Shown here piece after piece: positions 47,356 through 57,379 of a stretch of DNA of 64,000 nucleotides; positions within the stretch are counted from its first letter, which is position 1, and every line of letters begins with the position of its first letter. The position numbers were made by a program, and so were the translations under genes. Origin of the DNA: Myxococcota bacterium (GTDB lineage Bacteria > Myxococcota_A > UBA9160 > SZUA-336); contig CBDFGR010000003.1 in assembly GCA_965247115.1 (NCBI GenBank), positions 1,440,001-1,504,000 of the forward strand, read 5' to 3'. Under the pieces are notes generated by a model. That model did no database searches. It was not told the DNA's origin and saw only the letters and a program-made list of their open reading frames with translations.

Positions 47356-49299
47356 GTGCCAGAGAAGCAGATCGCACCCTACGGAGCCTGGAAGTCGCTG
47401 ATCACCGCCGAGACGCTGGCGCAGCAGACCGTTGGGCTCGGCGAGATGCGTGTATCCGACCAGGACCTCTACTGGATCGAGTCGCGTCCGACAGAGGCCG
47501 GTCGCAACGTGGTCGTGCGGCGCTCCACCGACGGTGCAACCGCCGACGTGACGCCGACCGGCTACAACGCGCGGACGCTGGTTCACGAGTACGGCGGCGG
47601 CGCCTACGCGGTGGCCGGCAGCACCGTCTTCTTCGCGAACTTCGAGGACCAGCGCGTGTACCGGCAGCAGGTCGGAGGCAGGCCCACTCCCGTCAGTCCG
47701 GAGCCGCCGCGTCCGCGCGCTCTTCGCTACGCAGACTTCGAGATCTCCCCCGACGGGAGCCTTCTCTACTGCGTTCGCGAGACCCACCCCGATGGTGGCG
47801 GAGCGCGGAACGAGATCGTCTGTCTGTCTACGGATGGCTCGAGCGAGCCCGTGATGCTGGCGGGCGGACATGACTTCGTCTCGTATCCGAGGCTGAGCCC
47901 CGATGGAGCTCAACTGGTCTGGACCACGTGGGACCACCCGCAGATGCCCTGGGACGGAACCGAGCTCTGGATCGGCGAGCTCGTCGCGAACGGGCTCGAA
48001 GATATCCGGAAGCTGGCAGGCGGCCGCGACGAGTCGATCTACCAGCCGACGTTCAGTCCCGACGGCGTGTTGCACTTCGTCTCGGACCGGAGCGGTTGGT
48101 GGAATCTCTACCGCTGGCAGGACGGAGAGGCGGAGCCGCTGCTGCCGATGGAGGCCGAGTTCGGACGCCCGCAGTGGGGCTTTGCCGGCGCTACCTACGC
48201 CTTCCTGCCCGACGGTCGGCTGGTCTGCATCTGGGGCTCGAAGGGGATCGAGCATCTCGGCGTGCTCGACACCGCAGGGCTTCGCGAGATCGAGACCCCG
48301 TTTGTGGGCTTCGGACGCATCACGGCGAGGGAGTCCGAAGGCTCGCCCGTGGTGTCGCTGGTCGCCGCCTCGCAGACGAGCTCCTCGGCCGTCGTTTCGA
48401 TCGAGGTGCAGAGCGGAAGCGTCGAGGTGATCAAGCGCTCGCACTCCGCGGAGCTGGACGCCGATTGGATCTCGGTTCCCGAGGGGCTGGAGTTTCCGAC
48501 GGACGGCGGCAGGACCGCGCACGCATTCTTCTACGTTCCCCGAAACGCGGGCTTCTCCGGGCAGAGCGACGCCCACCCCCCACTCATCGTGATGAGCCAC
48601 GGAGGGCCCACCGGCGCCACCTCCAGCGCGTTCCGGCTCGGCATTCAGTACTGGACCAGTCGCGGATTCGCGGTCGTCGATGTGAACTATGGTGGGAGTA
48701 CGGGCTACGGACGCGCCTATCGAGAGCGTCTGCGCGGGAACTGGGGCGTGGTCGACACGGAGGACTGCATCCGTGTAGCGCAACATCTGGCTGAACAGGG
48801 CCGCGTGGACGGCGCGCGCATGGCGATTCGCGGTGGAAGTGCCGGGGGATACACGACTCTGTGTGCACTGACGTTTCACGACGTCTTCGCGGCGGGCGCG
48901 AGTCACTACGGCATTGCCGATGCAGAGGCGCTCGCGCGCGACACGCACAAGTTCGAGTCGCGCTACCTGGACTCGATGATCGGGCCGTACCCTCAGGAGC
49001 GCGCCCTCTACAGAGAGCGCTCGCCCATCCACTTTGCCGAGCAGCTCTCCTGCCCGTTGCTCCTGCTTCAGGGGCTCGAGGACGCGGTCGTGCCGCCGCA
49101 GCAGGCAGAGGTGATGGTAGAGGCCCTGCGCAAACGAGGGCTGCCCCATGCGTACCTCGCCTTCGAGGGCGAGCAGCACGGCTTCCGCCGCTCCGAGAAC
49201 ATCGTCCGCGCGATCGAGGCGGAGCTGTTCTTCTACGGGCGTGTATTCGGGTTCGACCCTGCCGATCCAATCGAGCCCATCGAGATCGAGAATCTCTGA
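47356..49299 (+). CDS. S9-family peptidase (acylaminoacyl peptidase-like)
   Basis: APYGAWKS, HGGPT, GGSAGG, EDAVVPP, EQHGFR. Confidence 0.93.
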   Translation: MPEKQIAPYGAWKSLITAETLAQQTVGLGEMRVSDQDLYWIESRPTEAGRNVVVRRSTDGATADVTPTGYNARTLVHEYGGGAYAVAGSTVFFANFEDQRVYRQQVGGRPTPVSPEPPRPRALRYADFEISPDGSLLYCVRETHPDGGGARNEIVCLSTDGSSEPVMLAGGHDFVSYPRLSPDGAQLVWTTWDHPQMPWDGTELWIGELVANGLEDIRKLAGGRDESIYQPTFSPDGVLHFVSDRSGWWNLYRWQDGEAEPLLPMEAEFGRPQWGFAGATYAFLPDGRLVCIWGSKGIEHLGVLDTAGLREIETPFVGFGRITARESEGSPVVSLVAASQTSSSAVVSIEVQSGSVEVIKRSHSAELDADWISVPEGLEFPTDGGRTAHAFFYVPRNAGFSGQSDAHPPLIVMSHGGPTGATSSAFRLGIQYWTSRGFAVVDVNYGGSTGYGRAYRERLRGNWGVVDTEDCIRVAQHLAEQGRVDGARMAIRGGSAGGYTTLCALTFHDVFAAGASHYGIADAEALARDTHKFESRYLDSMIGPYPQERALYRERSPIHFAEQLSCPLLLLQGLEDAVVPPQQAEVMVEALRKRGLPHAYLAFEGEQHGFRRSENIVRAIEAELFFYGRVFGFDPADPIEPIEIENL

Positions 49300-49360
49300 G
49301 CCCGGGGCTCGCCGCTGGGGCTTGTCTTGCCCCCCGCTGCCCGGCACCTTACCCCGGGTC

Positions 49361-49448
<88 letters not shown>

Positions 49449-49468
49449 CAAGACCTGGAGCTCCAGCG

Positions 49469-49558
49469 GGAGAGATGGCCGAGTGGTTTAAGGCGCACGG
49501 TTGGAAACCGTGTGTGCGTTTACGCGTACCGTGGGTTCGAATCCCACTCTCTCCGCCA
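49469..49558 (+). tRNA. tRNA-Ser(GGA)
   Basis: GGAGAGA/TCTCTCC acceptor, TT-GGA-AA loop, long variable arm, CCA. Confidence 0.95.
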
Positions 49559-49613
49559 ATTTGCTACGTTGCGTGTCCCTCGGGCCGGGCTGTCCGGGGA
49601 TAGATCTGGCCCT

Positions 49614-49690
49614 GCGCCCGTAGCTCAGCTGGATAGAGTGCCAGGTTGCGGACCTGGAGGCCGCAGGTTCGAATCCTGCCGGGCGCGCCA
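49614..49690 (+). tRNA. tRNA-Arg(GCG)
   Basis: GCGCCCG/CGGGCGC acceptor, stem CCAGG/CCTGG, loop TT-GCG-GA, CCA. Confidence 0.92.
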
Positions 49691-49769
49691 GATTCCGCCC
49701 TCCGTTAGAGGACTTGCGCGTTAAGAGCGGACCTATCTCGGTGTAGAGGCGGTGGGCTTCGCGGAGTGC

Positions 49770-52220
49770 TCAGCCACTGTCGTGGGTGGTTGAGTTACGA
49801 ACACCTCGAAGTCGGAGAAGGAGAGGAAAGTCGGGGTCGGCATAGGCCAGCAGGCCGAGCAGCTCGTTTTCGATTTCTCGGGCTTCGGCCTTGTAGCCGA
49901 GCTCACGGTAGCGCTCTGCGAGAATGAGCTGAGTGTTCATCCACTGCCACCTGTTCTGGTAGCTCCGAGACTTGAGTTCAGACGTCTCTTCCAGCACGTG
50001 AAGGGCCCGAGTCGGTTCTTCTTTCTCCAGCAAGGCTCGCGACAGAGATATCGATCCGGGGAGATGGAGCCAGCTCCCCTGAGTTCGCTCGAGCGGCAGC
50101 CCGGCTTCCAGAAACGAGATGGCGGCTTCCGCATTGCCCTCGGCTAGGGCGAGCTCGCCGCGCAGGACCAGAAAGGCGTTGTCCCAATAGAATCCCCCCA
50201 CCGAGGCCTCGAGCTGTGCTAGTGCTTCTCGCGCCTCGGCCAAGAGTCCGACTTGAGCGAGCATTTGAACGAGGCTAAGGGCAAGGGGCGTGCACAGGTC
50301 CTCGTCTGGCGCGCACCAGCGCTTGACGGTAGAGCCCTCTTGTAGAGTATCGCGCAGCAGTGTCCAATCGTCCTGTGCGTTGGCGATAGCCAACGCGTAC
50401 AACAGTCGATGCCACTCATCGGACTCATATCGGACACCGAGATCCGTTCTGGTCTGCCCGATGCTCCAATAGCCGAGGAACAGCTCAAAGGCGACGGCCT
50501 CGCGCAGGTCCGAGTGCATCGAAGGCAGCTTCTTCTCCCAGCGCTCCAGCTCTCCTACCAGGCGGTCCAGATCTCCTCGGATCCACAGGTCCTGGGTCGG
50601 GTAGAGGAGTGCCGCCGCAGCTGCATCTGCATGCCACGTCGTCGGTTGCGGGTCCGACAGTGCAGGAAGGAGCTCCACCGCTTTCGCATACAGGAGCGCG
50701 GCCTGAGTTGGGTCTCCCGCCAAGAACACCGCCCATCCGACAGTCCAGTTTGCCAGGAAGTCGTGGGGCCGCAGCTCTGCCCCTCGCACTAAATAGCGAA
50801 TAGCTTCCTCGACTCGGCCCCCACGCTGCAGGATGAAGACGATGTTGTTGTTTGCCCGGTAGTGATCGGGATAGAGCTGGAGAAGCGCCTCGTAGCTCAG
50901 TATCGCCTGGTCGTCCTGCCCCAGGAAAGAGAAGTAGCTTCCCTCGATGAAGTAGCGCTCGCGCTCGGGCAGCTGCTCGGACAGCTCCAGAGCTCTGCGG
51001 GCGTAAGGAATGAACTCTTCCTGCGGTCGGAGTTGATTTCTGAGCGACTGCGCGAGGAGGGTGTACGCGGAGGCGAACTTCGGGTCCTCGGCGATGGCCT
51101 GCTTCAGCAGCACCTCTGCGATCTGATTGTTTCTCTTTCCAATTGAAATCACCGCATCGGCCTGCGTGTAGAGCTGAAGAGCTCGCAACGAGGTTGTACT
51201 GACTGTCTCGAACTCCTCGTCGCTCACGCGGATCTGCTGGATCTCCTCGCCGAGAATTTCGCGGGCGCTCGTGGCAAGTCGATGGAGGGCCGACAGCACC
51301 TGCTCCTCTCCCTCCGCGGTCTCGCTCAGACTCGCTACGGTGACTCCCTCCATCGGGTCGACGAGCTCGACGCTCAACAGATACGCCGAGCCGAGCTTGT
51401 CGACGCGGGTCGTCAGCAAGGCGCGGATTCCCCCGTCGCGCAGGCAGATCTCGCGACCCACTTCGCCGTCCACGCGGGTGTCCAAGGGCTTCTTCATGAG
51501 CCGCAGGGCGTCCTGGATCCGCTCCCGGGGCACCACATTGACAAAGCGCGAGTTGCTGAGCTCTCGGACCAGGGCGGCCTCGAGTGTGCCATCAAAGAGC
51601 GCCTCGCCGGCGCGATTGTCGAAGGCTGCGACGAGCACCCAATCCCGTTCTTCAAAGGCGAGGGCCCTGACCGACCCATTGGGCCCCCGCGCATACCACC
51701 AGATGATGGTGAGAGCCGCGAGGAGGATCGCCACACCAGCTGCCTGGGCGGGTCGGAGGCCGAACCGTTTCGCTCGGGCTCGTGGAGGTTCTCGCAGGAC
51801 TGGAGCTCGGTCCACAGAGACGGGAGCCTTTCTTTCTCCACGACGCGCCTCCGCCCCCCAGCGCTCTTCGACCTCTGTAACGAACTGATACCCCCGGCCT
51901 CGGCGAGTTCGGATCAGTCGCTGCGTATCGCCGTGGTCGCCGAGTGCGTGTCGTATCTGGCCGATGGCAGTGGTGAAGGCGGATTCGCTGACTTTTGCGT
52001 CCGGCCAGATCTCGTCGAGGAGTTCCGTCTTCGGCACGACTCGGTCGCGGTTTTCTACGAGGTAGAGAAGCAGTCTCGTGGGTTTGAGCTGAAGGTCCGT
52101 GGCCGAGCCCGAGCGGAGCAACTCACAGCTTCGGGCCCGCAGCTCGAAGTCCTCGAAAACGAAGACGCGGCCTAGGGCTGTCGTATCACCGGACTCAGAA
52201 TCCTGAGGGGGTTCAGCCAC
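49770..52220 (-). CDS. CadC/ToxR-like winged-helix transmembrane regulator with TolB-N-like and TPR regions
   Basis: LLLYLVENRDRVVPKTELLDEIW...IRTRRGRGYQF, one TM, AIAEDPKFASAY TPRs. Confidence 0.85.
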   Translation of the reverse strand: MAEPPQDSESGDTTALGRVFVFEDFELRARSCELLRSGSATDLQLKPTRLLLYLVENRDRVVPKTELLDEIWPDAKVSESAFTTAIGQIRHALGDHGDTQRLIRTRRGRGYQFVTEVEERWGAEARRGERKAPVSVDRAPVLREPPRARAKRFGLRPAQAAGVAILLAALTIIWWYARGPNGSVRALAFEERDWVLVAAFDNRAGEALFDGTLEAALVRELSNSRFVNVVPRERIQDALRLMKKPLDTRVDGEVGREICLRDGGIRALLTTRVDKLGSAYLLSVELVDPMEGVTVASLSETAEGEEQVLSALHRLATSAREILGEEIQQIRVSDEEFETVSTTSLRALQLYTQADAVISIGKRNNQIAEVLLKQAIAEDPKFASAYTLLAQSLRNQLRPQEEFIPYARRALELSEQLPERERYFIEGSYFSFLGQDDQAILSYEALLQLYPDHYRANNNIVFILQRGGRVEEAIRYLVRGAELRPHDFLANWTVGWAVFLAGDPTQAALLYAKAVELLPALSDPQPTTWHADAAAAALLYPTQDLWIRGDLDRLVGELERWEKKLPSMHSDLREAVAFELFLGYWSIGQTRTDLGVRYESDEWHRLLYALAIANAQDDWTLLRDTLQEGSTVKRWCAPDEDLCTPLALSLVQMLAQVGLLAEAREALAQLEASVGGFYWDNAFLVLRGELALAEGNAEAAISFLEAGLPLERTQGSWLHLPGSISLSRALLEKEEPTRALHVLEETSELKSRSYQNRWQWMNTQLILAERYRELGYKAEAREIENELLGLLAYADPDFPLLLRLRGVRNSTTHDSG

Positions 52221-52364
52221 TTACGAAGACCTCGCAGTCGCGAGAGCGGTGTCGAGTATCCCACAAGTCCTAGAACGGAGGAAGAGCGGATGTTGAGCTG
52301 AAGTTCGCGTGGGGCCGCTTGTGTAGGTTGGGGAACAACAAATACGCGAGTGCCGGGGGTCAGT

Positions 52365-52865
52365 ATGACGCTCCGAGACGTCGATAGGTGGACTCACTTC
52401 CGCGGCTGGCAGGACGGCAACCGAGCGGTCTGGTCACTCGCCGTTGGAGTGTGTCTGGTGGTGCTGGGATGCAACTCGTTTGGGAGAAAGGTCGAGGAAG
52501 TGCGTTCCGCGATGCTCGGAATGAAGGAACGTGAATTGCTCAGCTGTCTGGGGCCGCCGACCGACTTTGTCATTGATGCGGAACGGCGCATCTTCATCTA
52601 TCGCATGGATCTTCGACGTCGGGCGTTCGTCGATATTGAAGACACACCGAGAACATCCAAATCCACGGTGGTGATTCCAAACGAGCCCGCCGTCTGCAAT
52701 GCGGCATTCCAGATCGATCACGGGGTGATCTCGGACGTAGAGGTGCGCGGAGTCAATCCTCTCGGACTAAATGCGGATTCGATGTGCACCATCGTGGTGG
52801 GCGAGTGCCTCGCAGATCTGGCGTACACTACGGGCCGCTGGCCTGCAGAGGCGCTTACCCCGTAG
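52365..52865 (+). CDS. hypothetical lipoprotein
   Basis: VLGC lipobox; G..E.ELLSCLGPP resembles SmpA/BamE-like fold; start uncertain. Confidence 0.6.
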   Translation: MTLRDVDRWTHFRGWQDGNRAVWSLAVGVCLVVLGCNSFGRKVEEVRSAMLGMKERELLSCLGPPTDFVIDAERRIFIYRMDLRRRAFVDIEDTPRTSKSTVVIPNEPAVCNAAFQIDHGVISDVEVRGVNPLGLNADSMCTIVVGECLADLAYTTGRWPAEALTP

Positions 52866-52956
52866 GCCCAGGCTCCGCAGCGCAGTCCAGTTCTCATGCT
52901 GGCAGGCGGGACAGCTGTGTGTTGTGATGAGCTGGCTGACCGCCGGCGACTCTGCA

Positions 52957-53817
52957 TCACGCTCGGTCGGATACGGGGGGCACTGCGAGCGAGCCGCCGA
53001 GGCCGGACGTGCCCGCGCCAGGTCGGACCGCTTCGATGGGGTCGTCCATGTCACCCCAGTACCCGATCGCATAGGCACCCCGCGAGTATCCGATCAGACG
53101 CTGCAGTTGCTCGGGGAGCTTCCTGGCCTGTTCGACGGGCACGCACAGATACTGGTTCTCGTGTTGACGCAACCAGCCTCGGGTGTAGGAGATGATCATT
53201 CCTACACGCGTGTCTGTGGTGGTGTTGGCGCCGGCACCGTGCATCACCGAACCCGTGTAGAACAACGTCGATCCGATGCCCATCTCGGCCACGCTCAGCT
53301 CGGACTCATCGAACCGGGGCCGCCCATCGCTGAGATGACTGCCCACCGCAACACGAGTCGCACCGTTGGCGGCCGTGAAGTCAGTGAACGCCCACATCGT
53401 GGAGAGCTCGACGTCATAACCGACAGGCCAGGGGAATTGGTCCCAGGCCCACTGATCGCGGTGTAACCCCTGGCGGTGTTCGCCAGGAGAGATCGCCACT
53501 ACTTGTGTGGCGTTGAGCTGAACGGTGGTGGCATCAGAAAAGAGGTCGACCGCCGCGCCCAACACGACCGGGTCCGTCACCAGAGGGTGAATCTCGGGGG
53601 CGCGCCCGATGAGTGAGCCGAGCCGCTTGGTCGCTGTCCCCTCGAAGCGCTCCCTACCGTGCTGCTTGACCTCCAGATACGGCTCGAAACTGCTCCGGAC
53701 CGCCGATGCGGTCGCTGCATCTATCAGGTTCTCGACCACGACCGCGCCGTCTCGGCGCAACGTCTCAGCGACCTCCTCGCCAGTTGTTTCGTCTGCTTGT
53801 AGGTACCGCAACGCCAC
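52957..53817 (-). CDS. PhyH-family Fe(II)/2-oxoglutarate dioxygenase
   Basis: QGLHRD, DFTAANGAT, HGAGAN, GWLRQHEN; start uncertain. Confidence 0.88.
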   Translation of the reverse strand: MALRYLQADETTGEEVAETLRRDGAVVVENLIDAATASAVRSSFEPYLEVKQHGRERFEGTATKRLGSLIGRAPEIHPLVTDPVVLGAAVDLFSDATTVQLNATQVVAISPGEHRQGLHRDQWAWDQFPWPVGYDVELSTMWAFTDFTAANGATRVAVGSHLSDGRPRFDESELSVAEMGIGSTLFYTGSVMHGAGANTTTDTRVGMIISYTRGWLRQHENQYLCVPVEQARKLPEQLQRLIGYSRGAYAIGYWGDMDDPIEAVRPGAGTSGLGGSLAVPPVSDRA

Positions 53818-53974
53818 GTCAGACAGTGTTACACACCCGAGTCGCCCGTACTTGTTGGGCCGGCCAACCGCCGGCCGGGTCCCCTCAGGTTTGTAATCCG
53901 ACTTTGTGAACCGGGTGTGAACCGGGGCCAACCCGCGTTGCTAAGTACGCGCAACTACGCCAGAAAAAGTGGCC

Positions 53975-54001
53975 GGACGCGGATTCGATTCCCGCCGCCT
54001 C
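53975..54001 (+). other. degenerate tmRNA (ssrA) 3'-end fragment, possible att scar
   Basis: GGACGCGGATTCGATTCCCGCCGCCTC resembles the tmRNA T arm plus acceptor 3' strand; no CCA and no 5' partner. Confidence 0.55.
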
Positions 54002-54278
54002 TGAAAGTGACCGTCGGGCTCCGCAGTACGTTCATGCGTTCTCGGGTGTGCCAGTCTCCAACCAGAGCTCTCCTTCTGCACGGCCGGATGAGCGCGATCT
54101 GTAGCTAATCGGTAGCTACGGGGCGCATAATCGTGGAGGCACGGGCCGCGAGCGAAACGAGGTCCATGGATTCTGGTCGAAGAAGACGCGTCGCGAACTC
54201 CTGCCGCTCCAAAACGCGCAGCAACGAGATGAGCCGCAACCTGCTCGGTGAACAGCTCGGTCTCCCGAGGAGCTACTG

Positions 54279-55382
54279 ATGGCAAAGCGCGCGGTCGAGC
54301 CGGTCCGATTTCCCTGGCTGAATCCCGCCCGGTACTCGTTCTCGCTCGGCATCGAGGCCGCCGGCGCGTCCTGGTTGGCCGGCCAGACCGCCGCCGCATA
54401 TGACGCCAAACGAGGCCGGGTCGCGGTGATCGGCACGGGCGCGGAGCAGGCCGCCCTGTGCTGGGACAAGGTGAAAGCAGTGCTGGATGGAGCGGGCCGC
54501 GACGTAGGCTCGTGCTCCGAGCTGGTGGAATATCTCACCGTCGAGGGGCTTCGACAGCAGAGCGAGATCGCGTCTGTCCGCCCGACGGGTCGCGCGGCCT
54601 CGACGATCGTCGTCGAGTCGCTGGTGCGGCCGACCGCGGTCGTCGAGGTTGAAGTGGTCGCCGGTTCGCCGAGAGGCCTTGTGCGGCTTCCGCAAATCTT
54701 GCCGCTAGGCGCAGATGGCACCGTCGTCGCGCCAGGAGACCTCGTGGGTCAGGTCGAGTTTGTCCTCGAGCGGGCCGGAGGGTTGTTGGCCGAACGCGAT
54801 CTCGACCTGACCCACGTGGTGCGGACGGTCGAGCAGACGACTGCTGCTACGCGCGCGGACTACCGCGCCACTGCCGAAGCACGTCGGCGTCTGCTGGGCC
54901 CGGCGTTCCCGGCCTCTACGGGGGTTGTCTCGCCAAAACTGCCGCATCCCGATGTTCTGGTCGCGCTCGATGTGTGGGCTTCGACGCTCCCGAAGCAGCC
55001 TGTGAACCCGGGATGGCCGGCCTTCGACTCGCTCACTTTCAGTCCGGCCGTGCAGGCGGGGAATCTGCTGTTTATCTCGGGGACCACCGCTTGGGATCCC
55101 TCGACCGGTGAGACGGTCGCACCGGACGATATCGGAGGCCAGGCGGAGTTCGTCTACGGACAGATCGACGAGATTTGCAGGGCAGCAGGCGGGTCCATCC
55201 GCGATCTCGTGAAAAGCGTGGAATACGTGACGCCCAGCGGCGTCGATCACTATCGTGACGTCGCCGCGGTGCGGAGTCGGATGCTCGAGCGCCCGTTGCC
55301 AGCTTCAACCGGTGTGGTGGTGGGCGGCCTGCTCAGCCGCTCGTGGCTCATCGAGGTCGAAGCTCTCGCCGTCCTGTCATGA
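54279..55382 (+). CDS. multi-domain RidA/YjgF-family protein
   Basis: Repeated Rid domains: FPASTGVV, FSPAVQAGNLLFISG, LPASTGVVV..LIEVEA. Confidence 0.82.
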   Translation: MAKRAVEPVRFPWLNPARYSFSLGIEAAGASWLAGQTAAAYDAKRGRVAVIGTGAEQAALCWDKVKAVLDGAGRDVGSCSELVEYLTVEGLRQQSEIASVRPTGRAASTIVVESLVRPTAVVEVEVVAGSPRGLVRLPQILPLGADGTVVAPGDLVGQVEFVLERAGGLLAERDLDLTHVVRTVEQTTAATRADYRATAEARRRLLGPAFPASTGVVSPKLPHPDVLVALDVWASTLPKQPVNPGWPAFDSLTFSPAVQAGNLLFISGTTAWDPSTGETVAPDDIGGQAEFVYGQIDEICRAAGGSIRDLVKSVEYVTPSGVDHYRDVAAVRSRMLERPLPASTGVVVGGLLSRSWLIEVEALAVLS

Positions 55383-55849
55383 CGCTGCTGCTCACCGACG
55401 CGATCCGAGCGATGATCGGCCGGACGCTCAGCTACCGGGCACCTGAGGAGCTCGGTCGGGCCTCTATCCGCTATTTCGCCTTGGCCGTCGGGGCGGACCC
55501 GTCACGCTGGAAGGATGAAGCGCCGCCCACGCTCGTGTGCGAGACCAACCAGCTGACGGGCAACGCCGAACCAGACGCAGACGCCTACCTGGGACACGCT
55601 TGGGATCTTTCGCTGCCCGTGCCGTGTCACATGATCCGAGGCGGTAACGACTACCGGTTCGGTCGCCCCGTACGGCCCGACGACGTCATCACTACGACGT
55701 GGGAACTCGTCGACGCCGTCGAGCGGATCGGCACGGGTGGCCGTCCCCTCCTCCTCGTCACCGCGCGCGCGACCTACACTGCCGACGACGGCGAATGGCT
55801 GGCCACGAATACCGAGACGCTCATCTACCGTCCGTCGGAGTCCAAATGA
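55379..55849 (+). CDS. MaoC-like dehydratase, N-terminal type
   Basis: IRYFALAVG, APPT, GGNDYRFGRPVRPDD. Confidence 0.82.
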   Translation: MTLLLTDAIRAMIGRTLSYRAPEELGRASIRYFALAVGADPSRWKDEAPPTLVCETNQLTGNAEPDADAYLGHAWDLSLPVPCHMIRGGNDYRFGRPVRPDDVITTTWELVDAVERIGTGGRPLLLVTARATYTADDGEWLATNTETLIYRPSESK

Positions 55850-56238
55850 CCGCTGGCGAACGGCTTCCCGACCTCGAGCGTCGAATCAGCCTCGCCGACA
55901 TGGTCGCCTACGGCGCAGCCACCTGGGACTGGCATCGTCTGCACTACGACGCCGAGCACGCCCTCCGAGCCGGGATGAGAGCGCCGGTCGTAGACGGCCA
56001 GATGCTCGGGGCGCTACTGGCCGACCAAGTGCTTCGGGCGCTCCGCCCCGGGGACCGACTCACACGGCTCCATTACCGAAACCGCGCCCCGGTTTTTCCC
56101 GGCGACGTCATCCGCTGTCAGGCCGTGGTGAGCCGCGTCGACGCCGACCGTGTCGAAGTCGAGCAAACGATCCGGGTCGGCGGCACGGTCGTCGTCGCGC
56201 CCGCGGGCGCAGAGGTCACCTTGGCGCCCGTCCCCTAG
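55846..56238 (+). CDS. MaoC-family dehydratase
   Basis: YGAATWDWHRLHYD, PVFPGD; ATGA coupling. Confidence 0.85.
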   Translation: MTAGERLPDLERRISLADMVAYGAATWDWHRLHYDAEHALRAGMRAPVVDGQMLGALLADQVLRALRPGDRLTRLHYRNRAPVFPGDVIRCQAVVSRVDADRVEVEQTIRVGGTVVVAPAGAEVTLAPVP

Positions 56239-56319
56239 CGCGGCCCCGTGCCACCCCCAGAGTCCCGCCCCCTGACGTACTGGCCGACCTGTTGAGCGGT
56301 GTCCGCGGGTTCGCTTACC

Positions 56320-56946
56320 TCACGCGCACATCTTGAGGGTCAGGCGCCACGCTTCGCGCTCCCGCTGCTCGGCCCAGGTGCGAACGATCTCCCAGGCAGC
56401 GCGGGCGATCGCGGTCTCGTGCTCGCCGAAGTCGAGGTTCTCGTGCACGACGAGGTTACGCAGGGCGCGGATGGTGTGCATCATGTTGGCTTCGTGGGCG
56501 GGGAGAAGCTCCTGGCCTCGCAAGGTCGTGATCAGCTCCGCCAGGCTCGGCGGTGGGTCCGACTCCAGGTGCTTGACCCAGAGAGCTCTGCAGAAGCGGT
56601 CGACGTAACGCCAGGCGCCCTCGATACCGAGGCCGGCGCTCGCGGGAGGCGCGGGGGTGCGGGTGCGCCCCCCGCCGCCGGTCCGTCGAGATGCAGGACC
56701 GGACTTGAGCCGACCTCTGCGCCCGGACGCGGCCTGCGGGGCGAGGGTGTTCAGAACCCTCGTATGGTCACCGAGGGGACACTTGCCCTTCTTGCGCACC
56801 AGCGTGCCTTCAGTGGCGAGCTGGCGACAGGCTTCGGCGACCTTCGGGCGGGCCCGGATGCCGGTCTTTCTGGCAAGGCAGTCGTCGCAGCCGCCTCGGG
56901 CGGAATTCGACCGGAGATACGTGAGGACCCGGTCGGTAGTGCTCAT
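56320..56946 (-). CDS. hypothetical protein: CxxC/HTH-like N-domain plus HEPN-like C-domain
   Basis: CDDCLA...C...C N-terminus, basic linker, helical C-terminus with RNLVVH (RxxxxH). Confidence 0.7.
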   Translation of the reverse strand: MSTTDRVLTYLRSNSARGGCDDCLARKTGIRARPKVAEACRQLATEGTLVRKKGKCPLGDHTRVLNTLAPQAASGRRGRLKSGPASRRTGGGGRTRTPAPPASAGLGIEGAWRYVDRFCRALWVKHLESDPPPSLAELITTLRGQELLPAHEANMMHTIRALRNLVVHENLDFGEHETAIARAAWEIVRTWAEQREREAWRLTLKMCA

Positions 56947-56983
56947 AGGTGGCGCTGGCCTTTTGCTGCAGAGCAGCCGATCC

Positions 56984-57202
56984 CTACTCTTCTCGCGTCG
57001 ATGCCTCGTCTTGCGCTACCCGCAGCTCCGCCTTTGCAGCACGAAGTCCCACGGTCGCGGCTCGGAATCCTGCCTTTGCGATCGAGCGACCTGACTTCGC
57101 CGTCCGGAGCCCTGCCTGGGCAGCCTGTTGGGCTGCCTTCGCGGCCCTCCGTCCCACAGTCTTCGCTCGTCGGCCTGCTTGCTCGAGGTCATTGCGGTCC
57201 AT
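56984..57202 (-). CDS. small Ala/Arg/Lys-rich basic protein
   Basis: AGGT before ATG; helical basic low-complexity sequence. Confidence 0.45.
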   Translation of the reverse strand: MDRNDLEQAGRRAKTVGRRAAKAAQQAAQAGLRTAKSGRSIAKAGFRAATVGLRAAKAELRVAQDEASTREE

Positions 57203-57379
57203 GCGCACCTACTCGGCCGCACCCGGGCTGGCCTTGAGACCTTGCTCGCTGTGCGCGTTCCCGACCCCTCGTTCATCGGGATCACGGAAGAGCCGTCTCG
57301 GGTCTCGGACAGGGGAGACGGGTGTATGCTGGCATCCTGTCAGGAGCTGTAGCCACCAGCGGATTGGAGGCAGGGGAAC

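Noticed and set aside
45640..49347. 1235-aa minus-strand ORF and similar long shadow ORFs (36220-39441, 20124-21704, 12971-14809)
   Set aside because: Antisense or alternate frames of well-supported genes; stop-poor frames are expected at this GC content and show no motifs.
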